From: Planctomycetota bacterium
Lineage (GTDB): Bacteria; Planctomycetota; GCA-002687715; DRQF01
Direction of reading: 5' to 3'
DNA length: 64,000 nucleotides
Assembly (NCBI GenBank): GCA_027001995.1
Contig: JALTLO010000023.1
Coordinates: 19,156 to 83,155 of the forward strand
Under the pieces are notes generated by a model, which searched no databases, was not told where the DNA came from, and worked only from the letters and a program-made list of their open reading frames with translations. How positions within the stretch are numbered: position 1 is the stretch's first letter; every line of letters starts with the position of its first letter. The position numbers were made by a program, and so were the translations under genes. Positions 9,636-18,220 of this stretch are shown here, one piece after another.

Positions 9636-10403
9636 TTGGAGTTCTTTGAAGAGAATGTGAGATTCATTGTTCTGCACTGGGTTCGTTGCCTTGCGCTCAT
9701 AGGACCACTGCCGATTTTCGGTCAAGGTGGTACGTCCAGAATGTCGCGGGTTGGGTTGGGGGTTGCTCTTGGAACGGTTCTGGCCTTCCTTTCAGACATC
9801 GATTCTTTTGTCGACCCCGGCCCAACCCTGTTTTTGGTGGTCATCGTCATGAAGGAGGCCATGCTCGGTCTCGTCCTCGGTTACATCGTGTTGATTTCGT
9901 TTTCGACGTTGCGCGTTTGTGGCCACATCATTGGCGAAGGCATGGGATTCAATATGGCAAGTATTCAAGATCCGATCACGGGGGTGAGCTCTCAGTTGAT
10001 CGCTCACCTTTTTGAGTCTGTAGGCATGATGCTGTTCTTCATCACCAAGGGTCATCATGTCCTCATCAAGGCCTTAGCTGCTTCCTTCGCCATCTACCCC
10101 GTCGGCCACTTTGAACTCGATAGGGAGTTAGTGGGAGCCGTCGTGTTGTTCTCATCTGGTTTATTCGCTTCCGCCTTGCAAGTAGCGGCGCCAGTCTTTG
10201 TCGCTCTTTTCGCCATCGCGGTGGCCTTAGCCATTGTTGCTCGCGTGGCACCTCAACTGCAGGTTATGCAATTTGCCTTTCCCGCAAAGATCTTGACTGG
10301 ATTGGTGTTGCTTGTGTCAACGTTTCATGTTTTCGCCCCCTCGATGCAAATGGTATTCGACGATTTGGAGGTCTTCTTGTTCGAGATGTTCGAACAACGG
10401 TAA
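9636..10403 (+). CDS. fliR: flagellar export apparatus protein FliR
   Basis: 255 aa polytopic membrane protein in the canonical position between fliQ and flhB. Confidence 0.8.
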   Translation: MEFFEENVRFIVLHWVRCLALIGPLPIFGQGGTSRMSRVGLGVALGTVLAFLSDIDSFVDPGPTLFLVVIVMKEAMLGLVLGYIVLISFSTLRVCGHIIGEGMGFNMASIQDPITGVSSQLIAHLFESVGMMLFFITKGHHVLIKALAASFAIYPVGHFELDRELVGAVVLFSSGLFASALQVAAPVFVALFAIAVALAIVARVAPQLQVMQFAFPAKILTGLVLLVSTFHVFAPSMQMVFDDLEVFLFEMFEQR

Positions 10404-10412
10404 TGCTGATTC

Positions 10413-11489
10413 ATGGCTGATAGTGCACAAGAAAAAACCGAACAGGCAACCCCGAAGAAGTCCAATGATGCGGCTAAGAAGGGGCAGATTGCCTACTCCA
10501 AGGAGATCACAGGTGCAGTGCTCTTCCTCTTCGGTATTGTCACCATTCGTGGCATTGGCGACACCATTTTCGCCGCTCTTTCGGGTCGTTTGGTTACGAA
10601 TTTCCAATTGCCATTAAATGCCTTTTCAGAGCAAGACCCAAACGACTATCTCGCATCCATGGCAACGGAGGTCTTGTCAATTGTCGGGCCTGTCTTTGCC
10701 GTTGCATTCGCCATCACCTGGGTTCCTGGTCTACTGCAAACGAAACTTCAGTTAAGTGCCAGTAAGCTCAAACCCGAAATCGGGAAACTTAACCCAATCA
10801 AAGGCGTGAAGAAGCTCTTTTCACTCAACAGCGTCGTCAGCACGATTCAGAACCTAGTCAAGATGTCCCTAGTAGGCATCGTGGTGTGGGTGACCATCGC
10901 TGGGGCAATGCCCAAGATCCTTCGGCTCTCCGGCGCTCCTTTGGGAGAGGTGGTTGATGTTATTCTCGATCTCATGTTCTTAATGGGATTCCGCGTTGCA
11001 GGAGGCCTAGTTGCCGTTGGCATCATCGATACTTTCTATCGCATTTGGAAGCACAAGAAAGACCTCATGATGTCGAAAGAAGATGTCAAAGAAGAGCGCA
11101 AGAGTTCAGAAGGCGACCCCAAGATCAAGGCGAAGATCAAGTCAATTCAACTGGGATTGGCATTGCAACGAATGCAACAGGATGTGCAAACCGCTGATGT
11201 TGTTGTTCGGAATCCGACCCACTTCGCCGTAGCTTTGAAGTACGACCGAGAGGCAGGGACATCACCTCAAGTGGTGGCCAAGGGACGTGGCCACATGGCT
11301 CTCCGGATCATTGCCATCGCAGAAGAAGCCGGAGTTGAAGTGGTGGAGAACCGGCCCTTAGCCAGGGAACTTTACCGCAGCGTCGAACTCGGCGAGCAGA
11401 TTCCAGAGAGGCTGTTCAAAGCAGTCGCTGCGGTTCTCGCCTTCGTCTTCAAGAAGAAACAAAAACGAACACATACGCAGGTCGTCTAG
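10413..11489 (+). CDS. flhB: flagellar export apparatus switch protein FlhB
   Basis: 358 aa with 4 N-terminal TM helices and the autocleavage-site motif NPTHFAVAL in the C-terminal domain. Confidence 0.85.
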   Translation: MADSAQEKTEQATPKKSNDAAKKGQIAYSKEITGAVLFLFGIVTIRGIGDTIFAALSGRLVTNFQLPLNAFSEQDPNDYLASMATEVLSIVGPVFAVAFAITWVPGLLQTKLQLSASKLKPEIGKLNPIKGVKKLFSLNSVVSTIQNLVKMSLVGIVVWVTIAGAMPKILRLSGAPLGEVVDVILDLMFLMGFRVAGGLVAVGIIDTFYRIWKHKKDLMMSKEDVKEERKSSEGDPKIKAKIKSIQLGLALQRMQQDVQTADVVVRNPTHFAVALKYDREAGTSPQVVAKGRGHMALRIIAIAEEAGVEVVENRPLARELYRSVELGEQIPERLFKAVAAVLAFVFKKKQKRTHTQVV

Positions 11490-11518
11490 ACCCTGCAATC
11501 ACCGATGGATATTGACAC

Positions 11519-13615
11519 ATGGCAGACTTAAATAAGAAGAAGGACGGGCTGAAGAGCGAAGTGGCATTGGGTCTTGGCGTAATGGCCATGATCTTTGTCT
11601 TGATCGTACCTCTACCTCCCATCGTTCTGGACGTGTTCATCGCCATGAACATTGCCTTCGCCACCCTTCTTTTGTTGATCACTCTGAGTGCTCAAGAATC
11701 TCTTGAGCTTTCCAGCTACCCGACTCTTCTGTTGCTGACGACTCTATTCCGATTGTCATTGAACGTCGCGTCGACTCGACTGATTCTTCTGAAGGGGCAA
11801 GCGGGAAATGTGATTCAAGCGTTCGGGGACTTCGTTGTTGGGGGCAACCTTGTCGTCGGCGTGGTGATTTTCTCGATTCTGGTGATCATCCAGTTTGTTG
11901 TCATCACCAAAGGTTCCAACCGAATTGGCGAGGTTGCTGCGCGTTTCACCTTGGATGCCATGCCAGGTAAACAAATGGCGATTGATGCCGATATGAATTC
12001 TGGACTGATTGACGAAGCAGAAGCACGGGTTCGTCGGGAGAAGATTTCGGAGGAGGCTGAATTCTATGGTGCCATGGATGGTGCCGGTAAGTTTGTTCGA
12101 GGAGACGCAGTAGCTGGCCTCATCATTACTTTCATCAACGTGCTCGGTGGCGTCATCATTGGTTATGCCGACAATATGCCCATTGTAGACGCCCTAAAGA
12201 AGTATAGCATCCTAACAATTGGTGACGGTTTGGTGAGTCAAACACCTGCCCTTATCATCGCCATTGCCGCCGGTATCTTGGTAACGAAAACATCAAGCAA
12301 AAGGCAGATGGCCGATGAATTCGGTATCCAGCTTTTCAGCAACGACCGTGCATTGGGCATCTGCGCCTTTGTTCTATTCATCATGGCCTTGGTGCCTGGA
12401 TTTCCGAAGCTTCCATTCTTTGCCATCTCTGTTGGCATGCTGATGGCGCGCAGGCGTATCATCAAGAGACGCGAAGAGGAGGCAGCGGAGCCAAGTGAAG
12501 CAGATTTGGCCTCGGAAGCTGATGAAGATGGGCCAGAATTAACCGCTGAAACCTTAGGTCGCCTTCTCCATGTCGATCGCATGGGGATTGAGATCGGTTA
12601 TCGATTGATCCAAATTGTCGATGCTGACAAAAAGGGTGGTTTGCTCGATCACATCGGCATGGTGCGCAAGCAGTTCGCCAAAGAGCTGGGCATTATCATT
12701 CCGCCAATTCGGCTGCGGGACAACTTATCCATGGATGCCAATGGTTATCGCATTCTCTTGAACGGCCAAGAAGTTGCCCAAGGGATGCTCTATCCCAATC
12801 ACCACCTAGCCATGAACCCAGGGACGGTCACTGAAGAAATTGACGGCGTTCGTGGTCTCGACCCAACTTTTGGAATGCCGGCAGTCTGGGTTCGTGACGA
12901 ACAAAAAACCGAAGCGGAGATGCTGGGCTACACGGTGGTTGACGCCATCAGTGTGATGGTCACCCATTTGACGGAGACGATTCGCGCCAATGCCTCAGAA
13001 GTATTGACCCGAGAAGATGTTCAGTCTTTAGTGGACCGCATTAAAGAAGATGCCCCGACTGTCGTTGGTGAGTTGGTGCCTGACGTTCTTGGGCTCGGAG
13101 AGATTCAAGGCGTACTACAAAACCTTCTCGGTGAACGTGTGCCGATTCGCAATTTGCCAGTGATTCTTGAGGTCCTAGCGGATCACGGGAAAAAAATTAA
13201 GGATGTCGAGCAACTGACGGAGTTTGTCCGTCAACGTTTGGGGCGAGTGCTCTGCGAAATGCACGGTGACAAGGAAGGCACAATTGCTTGCATCGTCGTC
13301 GACCCGCATCTGGAGGGGGCCATCGAGCAAGAGCTTGTTGGTCAAACCACCGGCGCCATGTCAGCTGGGTCTCTCCAGAAGATTCAGGAGAGCGCCTCCG
13401 AATGCTATGGCGCAGCGATGCAAGAAGGCAAAGAGGCCGTCATTCTCACCCGCGCCACCACCAGGCGCTACATTGCCGATATGCTGACCGGCCTCAAACC
13501 CCGCATTCCCGTGCTTTCCTTCAACGAGATCACGGCGGCCAAACGAGTCGAGCCAGTTGGTCAAATTTCAATAACACCCAGTGAGGAGAAAACACCTCTT
13601 GAGTTGAGTGCATGA
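11519..13615 (+). CDS. flhA: flagellar export apparatus protein FlhA
   Basis: 698 aa with an N-terminal 8-TM domain containing the FHIPEP-type motifs (GDGLVSQTPALIIAIAAGILVTK) and a large cytoplasmic C-terminal domain. Confidence 0.9.
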   Translation: MADLNKKKDGLKSEVALGLGVMAMIFVLIVPLPPIVLDVFIAMNIAFATLLLLITLSAQESLELSSYPTLLLLTTLFRLSLNVASTRLILLKGQAGNVIQAFGDFVVGGNLVVGVVIFSILVIIQFVVITKGSNRIGEVAARFTLDAMPGKQMAIDADMNSGLIDEAEARVRREKISEEAEFYGAMDGAGKFVRGDAVAGLIITFINVLGGVIIGYADNMPIVDALKKYSILTIGDGLVSQTPALIIAIAAGILVTKTSSKRQMADEFGIQLFSNDRALGICAFVLFIMALVPGFPKLPFFAISVGMLMARRRIIKRREEEAAEPSEADLASEADEDGPELTAETLGRLLHVDRMGIEIGYRLIQIVDADKKGGLLDHIGMVRKQFAKELGIIIPPIRLRDNLSMDANGYRILLNGQEVAQGMLYPNHHLAMNPGTVTEEIDGVRGLDPTFGMPAVWVRDEQKTEAEMLGYTVVDAISVMVTHLTETIRANASEVLTREDVQSLVDRIKEDAPTVVGELVPDVLGLGEIQGVLQNLLGERVPIRNLPVILEVLADHGKKIKDVEQLTEFVRQRLGRVLCEMHGDKEGTIACIVVDPHLEGAIEQELVGQTTGAMSAGSLQKIQESASECYGAAMQEGKEAVILTRATTRRYIADMLTGLKPRIPVLSFNEITAAKRVEPVGQISITPSEEKTPLELSA

Positions 13616-13630
13616 AAATGCCGATAGATT

Positions 13631-14017
13631 ATGCAGAGAGAACCCCTTTTGCACAGGGAAACGAGAGTGAGTGAACAGTTAGAACAACCCGAAGCCGATC
13701 AAATCGACAGTGAAACAGCCCAGGAAGAAGTGGTTGAGGAGACAAAAGAGACCTCTCCACCCAAGATTTCTGGAGCCCACGCTATTGGCAAACTTGCCGG
13801 GGCAAGCGTCGCTATTCCCACCGCGGCCATTGTTTTTTGCGTGGCTGCTATGGCTGGTGTCCCGGCATCCACAGCAATCACCCGCAGTGTATTCACCGCC
13901 ATCGGAATGTGGATCTTCGTCGGCCTCGCCTTTCGCTTCCTTTTCACCTTTGTCATTTACGACTGGCGCAAGAAGATGTCGCCCTCCCCGGCTGCCAATG
14001 AAGGAGCCAGCGAATGA
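13631..14017 (+). CDS. hypothetical small membrane protein with an acidic N-terminus and two C-terminal TM helices, in the flagellar operon
   Basis: 128 aa. Start is 16 nt after the flhA stop. Its stop overlaps the fliA start (ATGA). No recognisable family. Confidence 0.4.
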   Translation: MQREPLLHRETRVSEQLEQPEADQIDSETAQEEVVEETKETSPPKISGAHAIGKLAGASVAIPTAAIVFCVAAMAGVPASTAITRSVFTAIGMWIFVGLAFRFLFTFVIYDWRKKMSPSPAANEGASE

Positions 14018-14772
14018 GTGATGCCGTGCAAGCCTATTCTCGTCGTGCCCTCTCAGATGAAGACCGCAATACACTGGTGGAAGACTACCTACCCTTGGTA
14101 CGTCACGTCTTAGGGCGGTTGCCTTTGACCTTGCCTGCATTCATGGACCAAGAGGACCTCTTCGAAGTGGGCGTTCTTGGTCTTATGAACGCCGTCAGAA
14201 CCTATGACAGTTCCAAGGGTGCGAAACTCAAGACTCATGCCTATGTGAACATCCGTGGGGCGATCTTGGATGAGCTTCGAAAATACGACATCGTCCCTCG
14301 ATCACGCCGCGACCGCATCAAGTTCTTCAAGAAGACCGAAGAAGAATTAGAAGATCAATTGGGTCGCCCAGCCACACCGGAAGAAATCGCTGCATCCATG
14401 GGTCTCAAGGTCGAGCAAGTCGACGAAATCTTAGTCAACATGCAAGGGGCATCGCTTTTGTCCTTAGATGAAGGAGTTGGAGGAGAAGACGGCGTGCGTT
14501 TATCGGACGCCATTGCCTGCCCCGGCTCGCCCAATCCTTCCGACGCGGCGGAATCGGCGGAGCTGAAAGGCAAGATCGCCGACCTCATCCACCAACTACC
14601 GGAGAACGAAAGGCGCGTGATTGTTCTCTATTACGCCGAAGGCCTACTACTCAAGGAAATCGGCGCCGTGCTCGACGTTTCCGAAAGTCGAGTCAGTCAA
14701 ATACACAGCCGGGCGATTTATCGCATGAACAAAGCCCTAACTGCCCGTCCCAAGGCGGAGAGTTCCTTATGA
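14014..14772 (+). CDS. fliA: RNA polymerase sigma factor FliA (sigma-28)
   Basis: Region 2 YLPLVRHVLGRL.../LGLMNAVRTYD and region 4 VIVLYYAEGLLLKEIGAVLDVSESRVSQIHSRAI closely parallel enteric FliA. Confidence 0.85.
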   Translation: MSDAVQAYSRRALSDEDRNTLVEDYLPLVRHVLGRLPLTLPAFMDQEDLFEVGVLGLMNAVRTYDSSKGAKLKTHAYVNIRGAILDELRKYDIVPRSRRDRIKFFKKTEEELEDQLGRPATPEEIAASMGLKVEQVDEILVNMQGASLLSLDEGVGGEDGVRLSDAIACPGSPNPSDAAESAELKGKIADLIHQLPENERRVIVLYYAEGLLLKEIGAVLDVSESRVSQIHSRAIYRMNKALTARPKAESSL

Positions 14773-15005
14773 ATCGTCGCATTTCCAACATTATCAAAGC
14801 CGCCAACTTGAGCCCGACCTTGGGAGCATCCGTCAGCAGTGCCGCTGGCGTTCCCCCAGCCAAGACAGCCCATGCGCCCCAGGACACAGCCACGATCAAC
14901 TTGCATCGCAACGGCGACCTCATTGAAGCCATTGAGGTCACTTGCAGCTGCGGGCGCACCACCTTCATTGAATGTGTTTACGAAGACCAGGAGCCCACAT
15001 CATGA
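14769..15005 (+). CDS. hypothetical 78-aa Cys-containing protein translationally coupled to fliA
   Basis: Its ATG overlaps the fliA TGA (ATGA). Contains C-x-C-x7-C (EVTCSCGRTTFIEC). No family recognised. Confidence 0.4.
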   Translation: MNRRISNIIKAANLSPTLGASVSSAAGVPPAKTAHAPQDTATINLHRNGDLIEAIEVTCSCGRTTFIECVYEDQEPTS

Positions 15006-15487
15006 ACCGTCCAAGTTCATCATTGAGAGTACTGATCGCCACCTTGAGCGTCTTCTTTTTGGGGGCCTGCCAAACGGTCCACAAAGATTTGGAGGCAGAG
15101 ATGATCGGAAACAGCAAGCCGAGACGAGAAACCAGCAAGCCTGTGGATTCCGCCATACAAGTTCCTGATCTGGACGAGAGGAAGGAAGACACCCAGTTTC
15201 TCAGCCAAATCGACCGTCTGGAGAAGAGAGTTTTTGACCTAACCCAGAAGCTCAAGGAAGCCGAAGCGGAACGGAAATCCGCCATAGAATTGCGCAATGC
15301 GGCTCAGCAAAATGAATCTGTCTTGGCCAATCAGATCGACGACTTTCAGACATCTCTCGAGAGCGCTCTTGATCGGGAGAGGAAACTAAAAGAACGCCTT
15401 CTCCGATCAGAGTTGGAATCTGTTCGTTACCAACAGACCATCGCCGACATGAAAATCCGCGAACTGACGAGAGGAGACAGCAATTGA
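15002..15487 (+). CDS. hypothetical coiled-coil lipoprotein
   Basis: ATGA overlap with the preceding ORF. Signal peptide plus lipobox FFLGAC. The remainder is predicted coiled coil (heptad-rich, E/K/R/L). Confidence 0.45.
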   Translation: MNRPSSSLRVLIATLSVFFLGACQTVHKDLEAEMIGNSKPRRETSKPVDSAIQVPDLDERKEDTQFLSQIDRLEKRVFDLTQKLKEAEAERKSAIELRNAAQQNESVLANQIDDFQTSLESALDRERKLKERLLRSELESVRYQQTIADMKIRELTRGDSN

Positions 15488-16161
15488 AAGTCTTAGCTCT
15501 TGTTATTCTGCTTTCCTTGTCATTGACTGCTTGTGCATTCTTGGAAAGAGGAACGCCACCTCCAGAGCCTGGAGCCTTTCCGTTCTATGCGGAAAAAGAC
15601 GCTTCGAAAGGTATTCGCCGGGTGGTCATGATGCCACTGCGAGTCGAAAACCCAGGCCATGCATCCATGGGGAATTTGGAACGCAGCCTGCAGAGAGCCA
15701 TGTCTAAAGAACACTTGTTTGAGCTTGTTCCCGTCTCCAATAGTGATCTCGCCGACACAGATTTCGATTCAACAAGGACAAAGGGGACCTTCAGAACAGA
15801 AGACTTAATTACTCTGAGCCAGCGATTCGGTGCCGAAGGTGTTATTCATGGCATCGTGACCCAATACCAAGTCTATCCTCAGGTTGTTTTAGGGCTCCGG
15901 CTCACCCTATTGGATTGCCGAACCGGGCGAGTCCCTTGGGCCACTGACATTGTTCTCGATGCTTCTTCGCGCATCATCAAACAAGACGTGCAAAACTATT
16001 ATGACACGACAAAATGGGAAGAAGGCTCCCTCCTTGACCATGAGAAAGTACTGATTTCTCCTCGATTGTTCGGAGACTACGCCTCCATGCGCATCGCGAG
16101 CACTTTAGCCAGCGCCATGCGTGCCGGCCCTGCATCAATATCAAGGTCCGTAAAGAACTAA
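15484..16161 (+). CDS. hypothetical lipoprotein, possibly a flagellum-associated outer-membrane lipoprotein (FlgP/LpoB/CsgG-like size and layout)
   Basis: TTG start overlapping the preceding stop (TTGA). Signal peptide plus lipobox SLTAC. 225 aa. Family assignment is not secure. Confidence 0.4.
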   Translation: MKVLALVILLSLSLTACAFLERGTPPPEPGAFPFYAEKDASKGIRRVVMMPLRVENPGHASMGNLERSLQRAMSKEHLFELVPVSNSDLADTDFDSTRTKGTFRTEDLITLSQRFGAEGVIHGIVTQYQVYPQVVLGLRLTLLDCRTGRVPWATDIVLDASSRIIKQDVQNYYDTTKWEEGSLLDHEKVLISPRLFGDYASMRIASTLASAMRAGPASISRSVKN

Positions 16162-16310
16162 GAGGAAAAGACTTAGGACTTTCGCTTCGAGCCGTATTCT
16201 GGGCCAAAAAGAACGATGGCTTGGAGTGGGCAAAATCCTTGATCCGGCCCATCTCCCCCCCTATCATCGCGAAATCGCTTCATGTGATTCTTGTGTTCCC
16301 TCGGTGAGTT

Positions 16311-17975
16311 TTGAATAAACCTCCCAGGTCAACGATTCGAATGCAAGAGGATGGAGCATCAGCCTCAATTCCAGGCAGGCTCGCGAGGATAAAGAGTATG
16401 TTCGGACACGGATTCGCGGTTTTTACCGATAGCCTTCTTAAAGGCGCAGTAGCAGTTCCTGAAGATGCCGGGTGGTTCAAACCCCTGGTTTTAGGTCTCT
16501 ATGCCGCCACATTGTTTCTTTTGTGGCTCTTTGGTGTCCACCGCTACTTCATCATGTGGTTCTACTCTTCCAACAAGAAGAACGTACCCACCCCAAAACG
16601 AGTCTTTGCGGACGAAGAATTGCCCCCAGTCACTGTTCAGCTTGCCATCTTTAATGAGATGTACGTGGCCGAGCGCATCATCGATGCGGTCTGCAAGATG
16701 GACTACCCTAAGCACTTACTGCAAGTCCAAGTCTTAGACGACTCCACCGATGAGACCGTAAACATCAGTCGCAGGACCGCAGCTCTCTGGGCAGAAAAAG
16801 GCTTCGATATTGAGGTCATCCACCGCATCGACCGCAGTGGCTATAAGGCTGGTGCATTGGAAAACGGACTCAAGACGGCGAAGGGTGAGATTATCTGCAT
16901 GTTTGACGCAGACTTCATTCCCACCGTTGACTTTCTGAGAAAACAGGTCCACTTCTATTCCGATCCCAATGTGGGCTTTGTCCAAGCTCGCTGGGCCCAC
17001 ATCAACGAAAATCACTCTTTGTTGACCAAGCTGCAAGCCTTGTACCTAAACGGCCACTTCGTCTTGGAGCACACGGGACGTCAACGTTCTGGCCGCTTCT
17101 TTAGCTTCTCGGGCACTGCCGGCACTTGGCGCCGCGCATGTATCGAGAACGCTGGGGGCTGGTCTCATCGCACATTGGTCGAAGACTTAGATCTCTCATA
17201 TCGGGCCCAATTAGGGGGATGGCAAGGTGTCTACCTGGTAGACCAAGGAGTACCCGCTGAGCTTCCTGTTGACATGAACGGCTACAAGAGCCAGCAACAT
17301 CGTTGGGCTAAAGGCTTCATTCAGGCCATGATGCACATGCTGATTCCTATCTGGAAGAGCAAGCAACCTCTCAAGGTGAAGATCGAGTGCACCTTCCATT
17401 TGACCAACAACTTGACCTATTTATTCATGATCGCTCTGAGCGTCTTGATGTTCCCGGCTCTTCACTACCGCTGTCAAATTCTCTCTGGCATCTGGGCCAC
17501 CATCTTTGACGTCAGCCTCTTCGTCGGCGCCACTGCCAGCATCCTGAGCTTCTATGCCTATGCGGAACGGCAGATCGACGAGAAGTGGTACAAGAAAGTC
17601 ATCTACATGCCCCTTCTCATGGGACTGGGCATCGGCATGGCATTGAATCAGGCAAAAGCCGTTATCGAAGCCCTCCGGGGTCAGGAAAGCCCTTTTGTTC
17701 GCACCCCGAAGTATCAGGTCAATGCCGGAGAAAAAGGGGCTGCTTGGAAGAAGAAACGCTACTCCGCCTCAAAGAGCATGCTGCCAGCCCTGGAGCTTGC
17801 TTTCGCCCTTTACTTCACTGGCGTGACGGCATACGCGGCGGTCCACAACCTGTGGCTGGCTGTTCCTTTCTTGGGACTCTTTGCCTGGGGTTATGGTTAC
17901 GTCGGATGGAAATCCATCGAATTGCAAAAGCGAACAGCCCCCAAAGCGTCCCCAACACCAGCAATCGCTGACTAA
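16311..17975 (+). CDS. family 2 glycosyltransferase, processive cellulose-synthase-like (CESA/NodC/HAS type), membrane-embedded
   Basis: Has the D, DxD (FDADF) and Q(Q/R)xRW (QQHRWAKG) signature plus DDSTDET. TM helices flank the catalytic domain. There is no C-terminal PilZ domain. The true start is probably an internal Met (16341 or later). Confidence 0.75.
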   Translation: MNKPPRSTIRMQEDGASASIPGRLARIKSMFGHGFAVFTDSLLKGAVAVPEDAGWFKPLVLGLYAATLFLLWLFGVHRYFIMWFYSSNKKNVPTPKRVFADEELPPVTVQLAIFNEMYVAERIIDAVCKMDYPKHLLQVQVLDDSTDETVNISRRTAALWAEKGFDIEVIHRIDRSGYKAGALENGLKTAKGEIICMFDADFIPTVDFLRKQVHFYSDPNVGFVQARWAHINENHSLLTKLQALYLNGHFVLEHTGRQRSGRFFSFSGTAGTWRRACIENAGGWSHRTLVEDLDLSYRAQLGGWQGVYLVDQGVPAELPVDMNGYKSQQHRWAKGFIQAMMHMLIPIWKSKQPLKVKIECTFHLTNNLTYLFMIALSVLMFPALHYRCQILSGIWATIFDVSLFVGATASILSFYAYAERQIDEKWYKKVIYMPLLMGLGIGMALNQAKAVIEALRGQESPFVRTPKYQVNAGEKGAAWKKKRYSASKSMLPALELAFALYFTGVTAYAAVHNLWLAVPFLGLFAWGYGYVGWKSIELQKRTAPKASPTPAIAD

Positions 17976-17999
17976 GACGAAGCCACCCAAAATCGAAAA

Positions 18000-18040
18000 G
18001 GGCCCCGACCACCTCACCGTGGTTGGGGCCCTATTCATTT
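18000..18040 (+). terminator. rho-independent terminator after the GT2 gene
   Basis: 13-bp GC-rich stem gggccccgaccac/gtggttggggccc with a 6-nt loop, followed by tattcatttc. Confidence 0.5.
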
Positions 18041-18220
18041 CAACCATAAGTCTTTGCGCCAAACACGCACAGGGCCATGATCGTAGGGGATTTCTTGTTG
18101 ATCCAGTGGGACTTCAGCTCTACCCATTTCCGCTTTGACAAGGTTAATACTTCGCAGGTAGACTATCTTCGTTGATGCGCGTGCGCACAACTTTCGGGGT
18201 AGGCGTTCATTTTAATCCCA

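Noticed and set aside
13611-13630. GCCGATA-like sigma-28 -10 elements (also at about 22190 and 22313)
   Set aside because: None has a TAAA -35 element at the required 15-nt spacing. A heptamer alone is too weak to call a FliA-dependent promoter.
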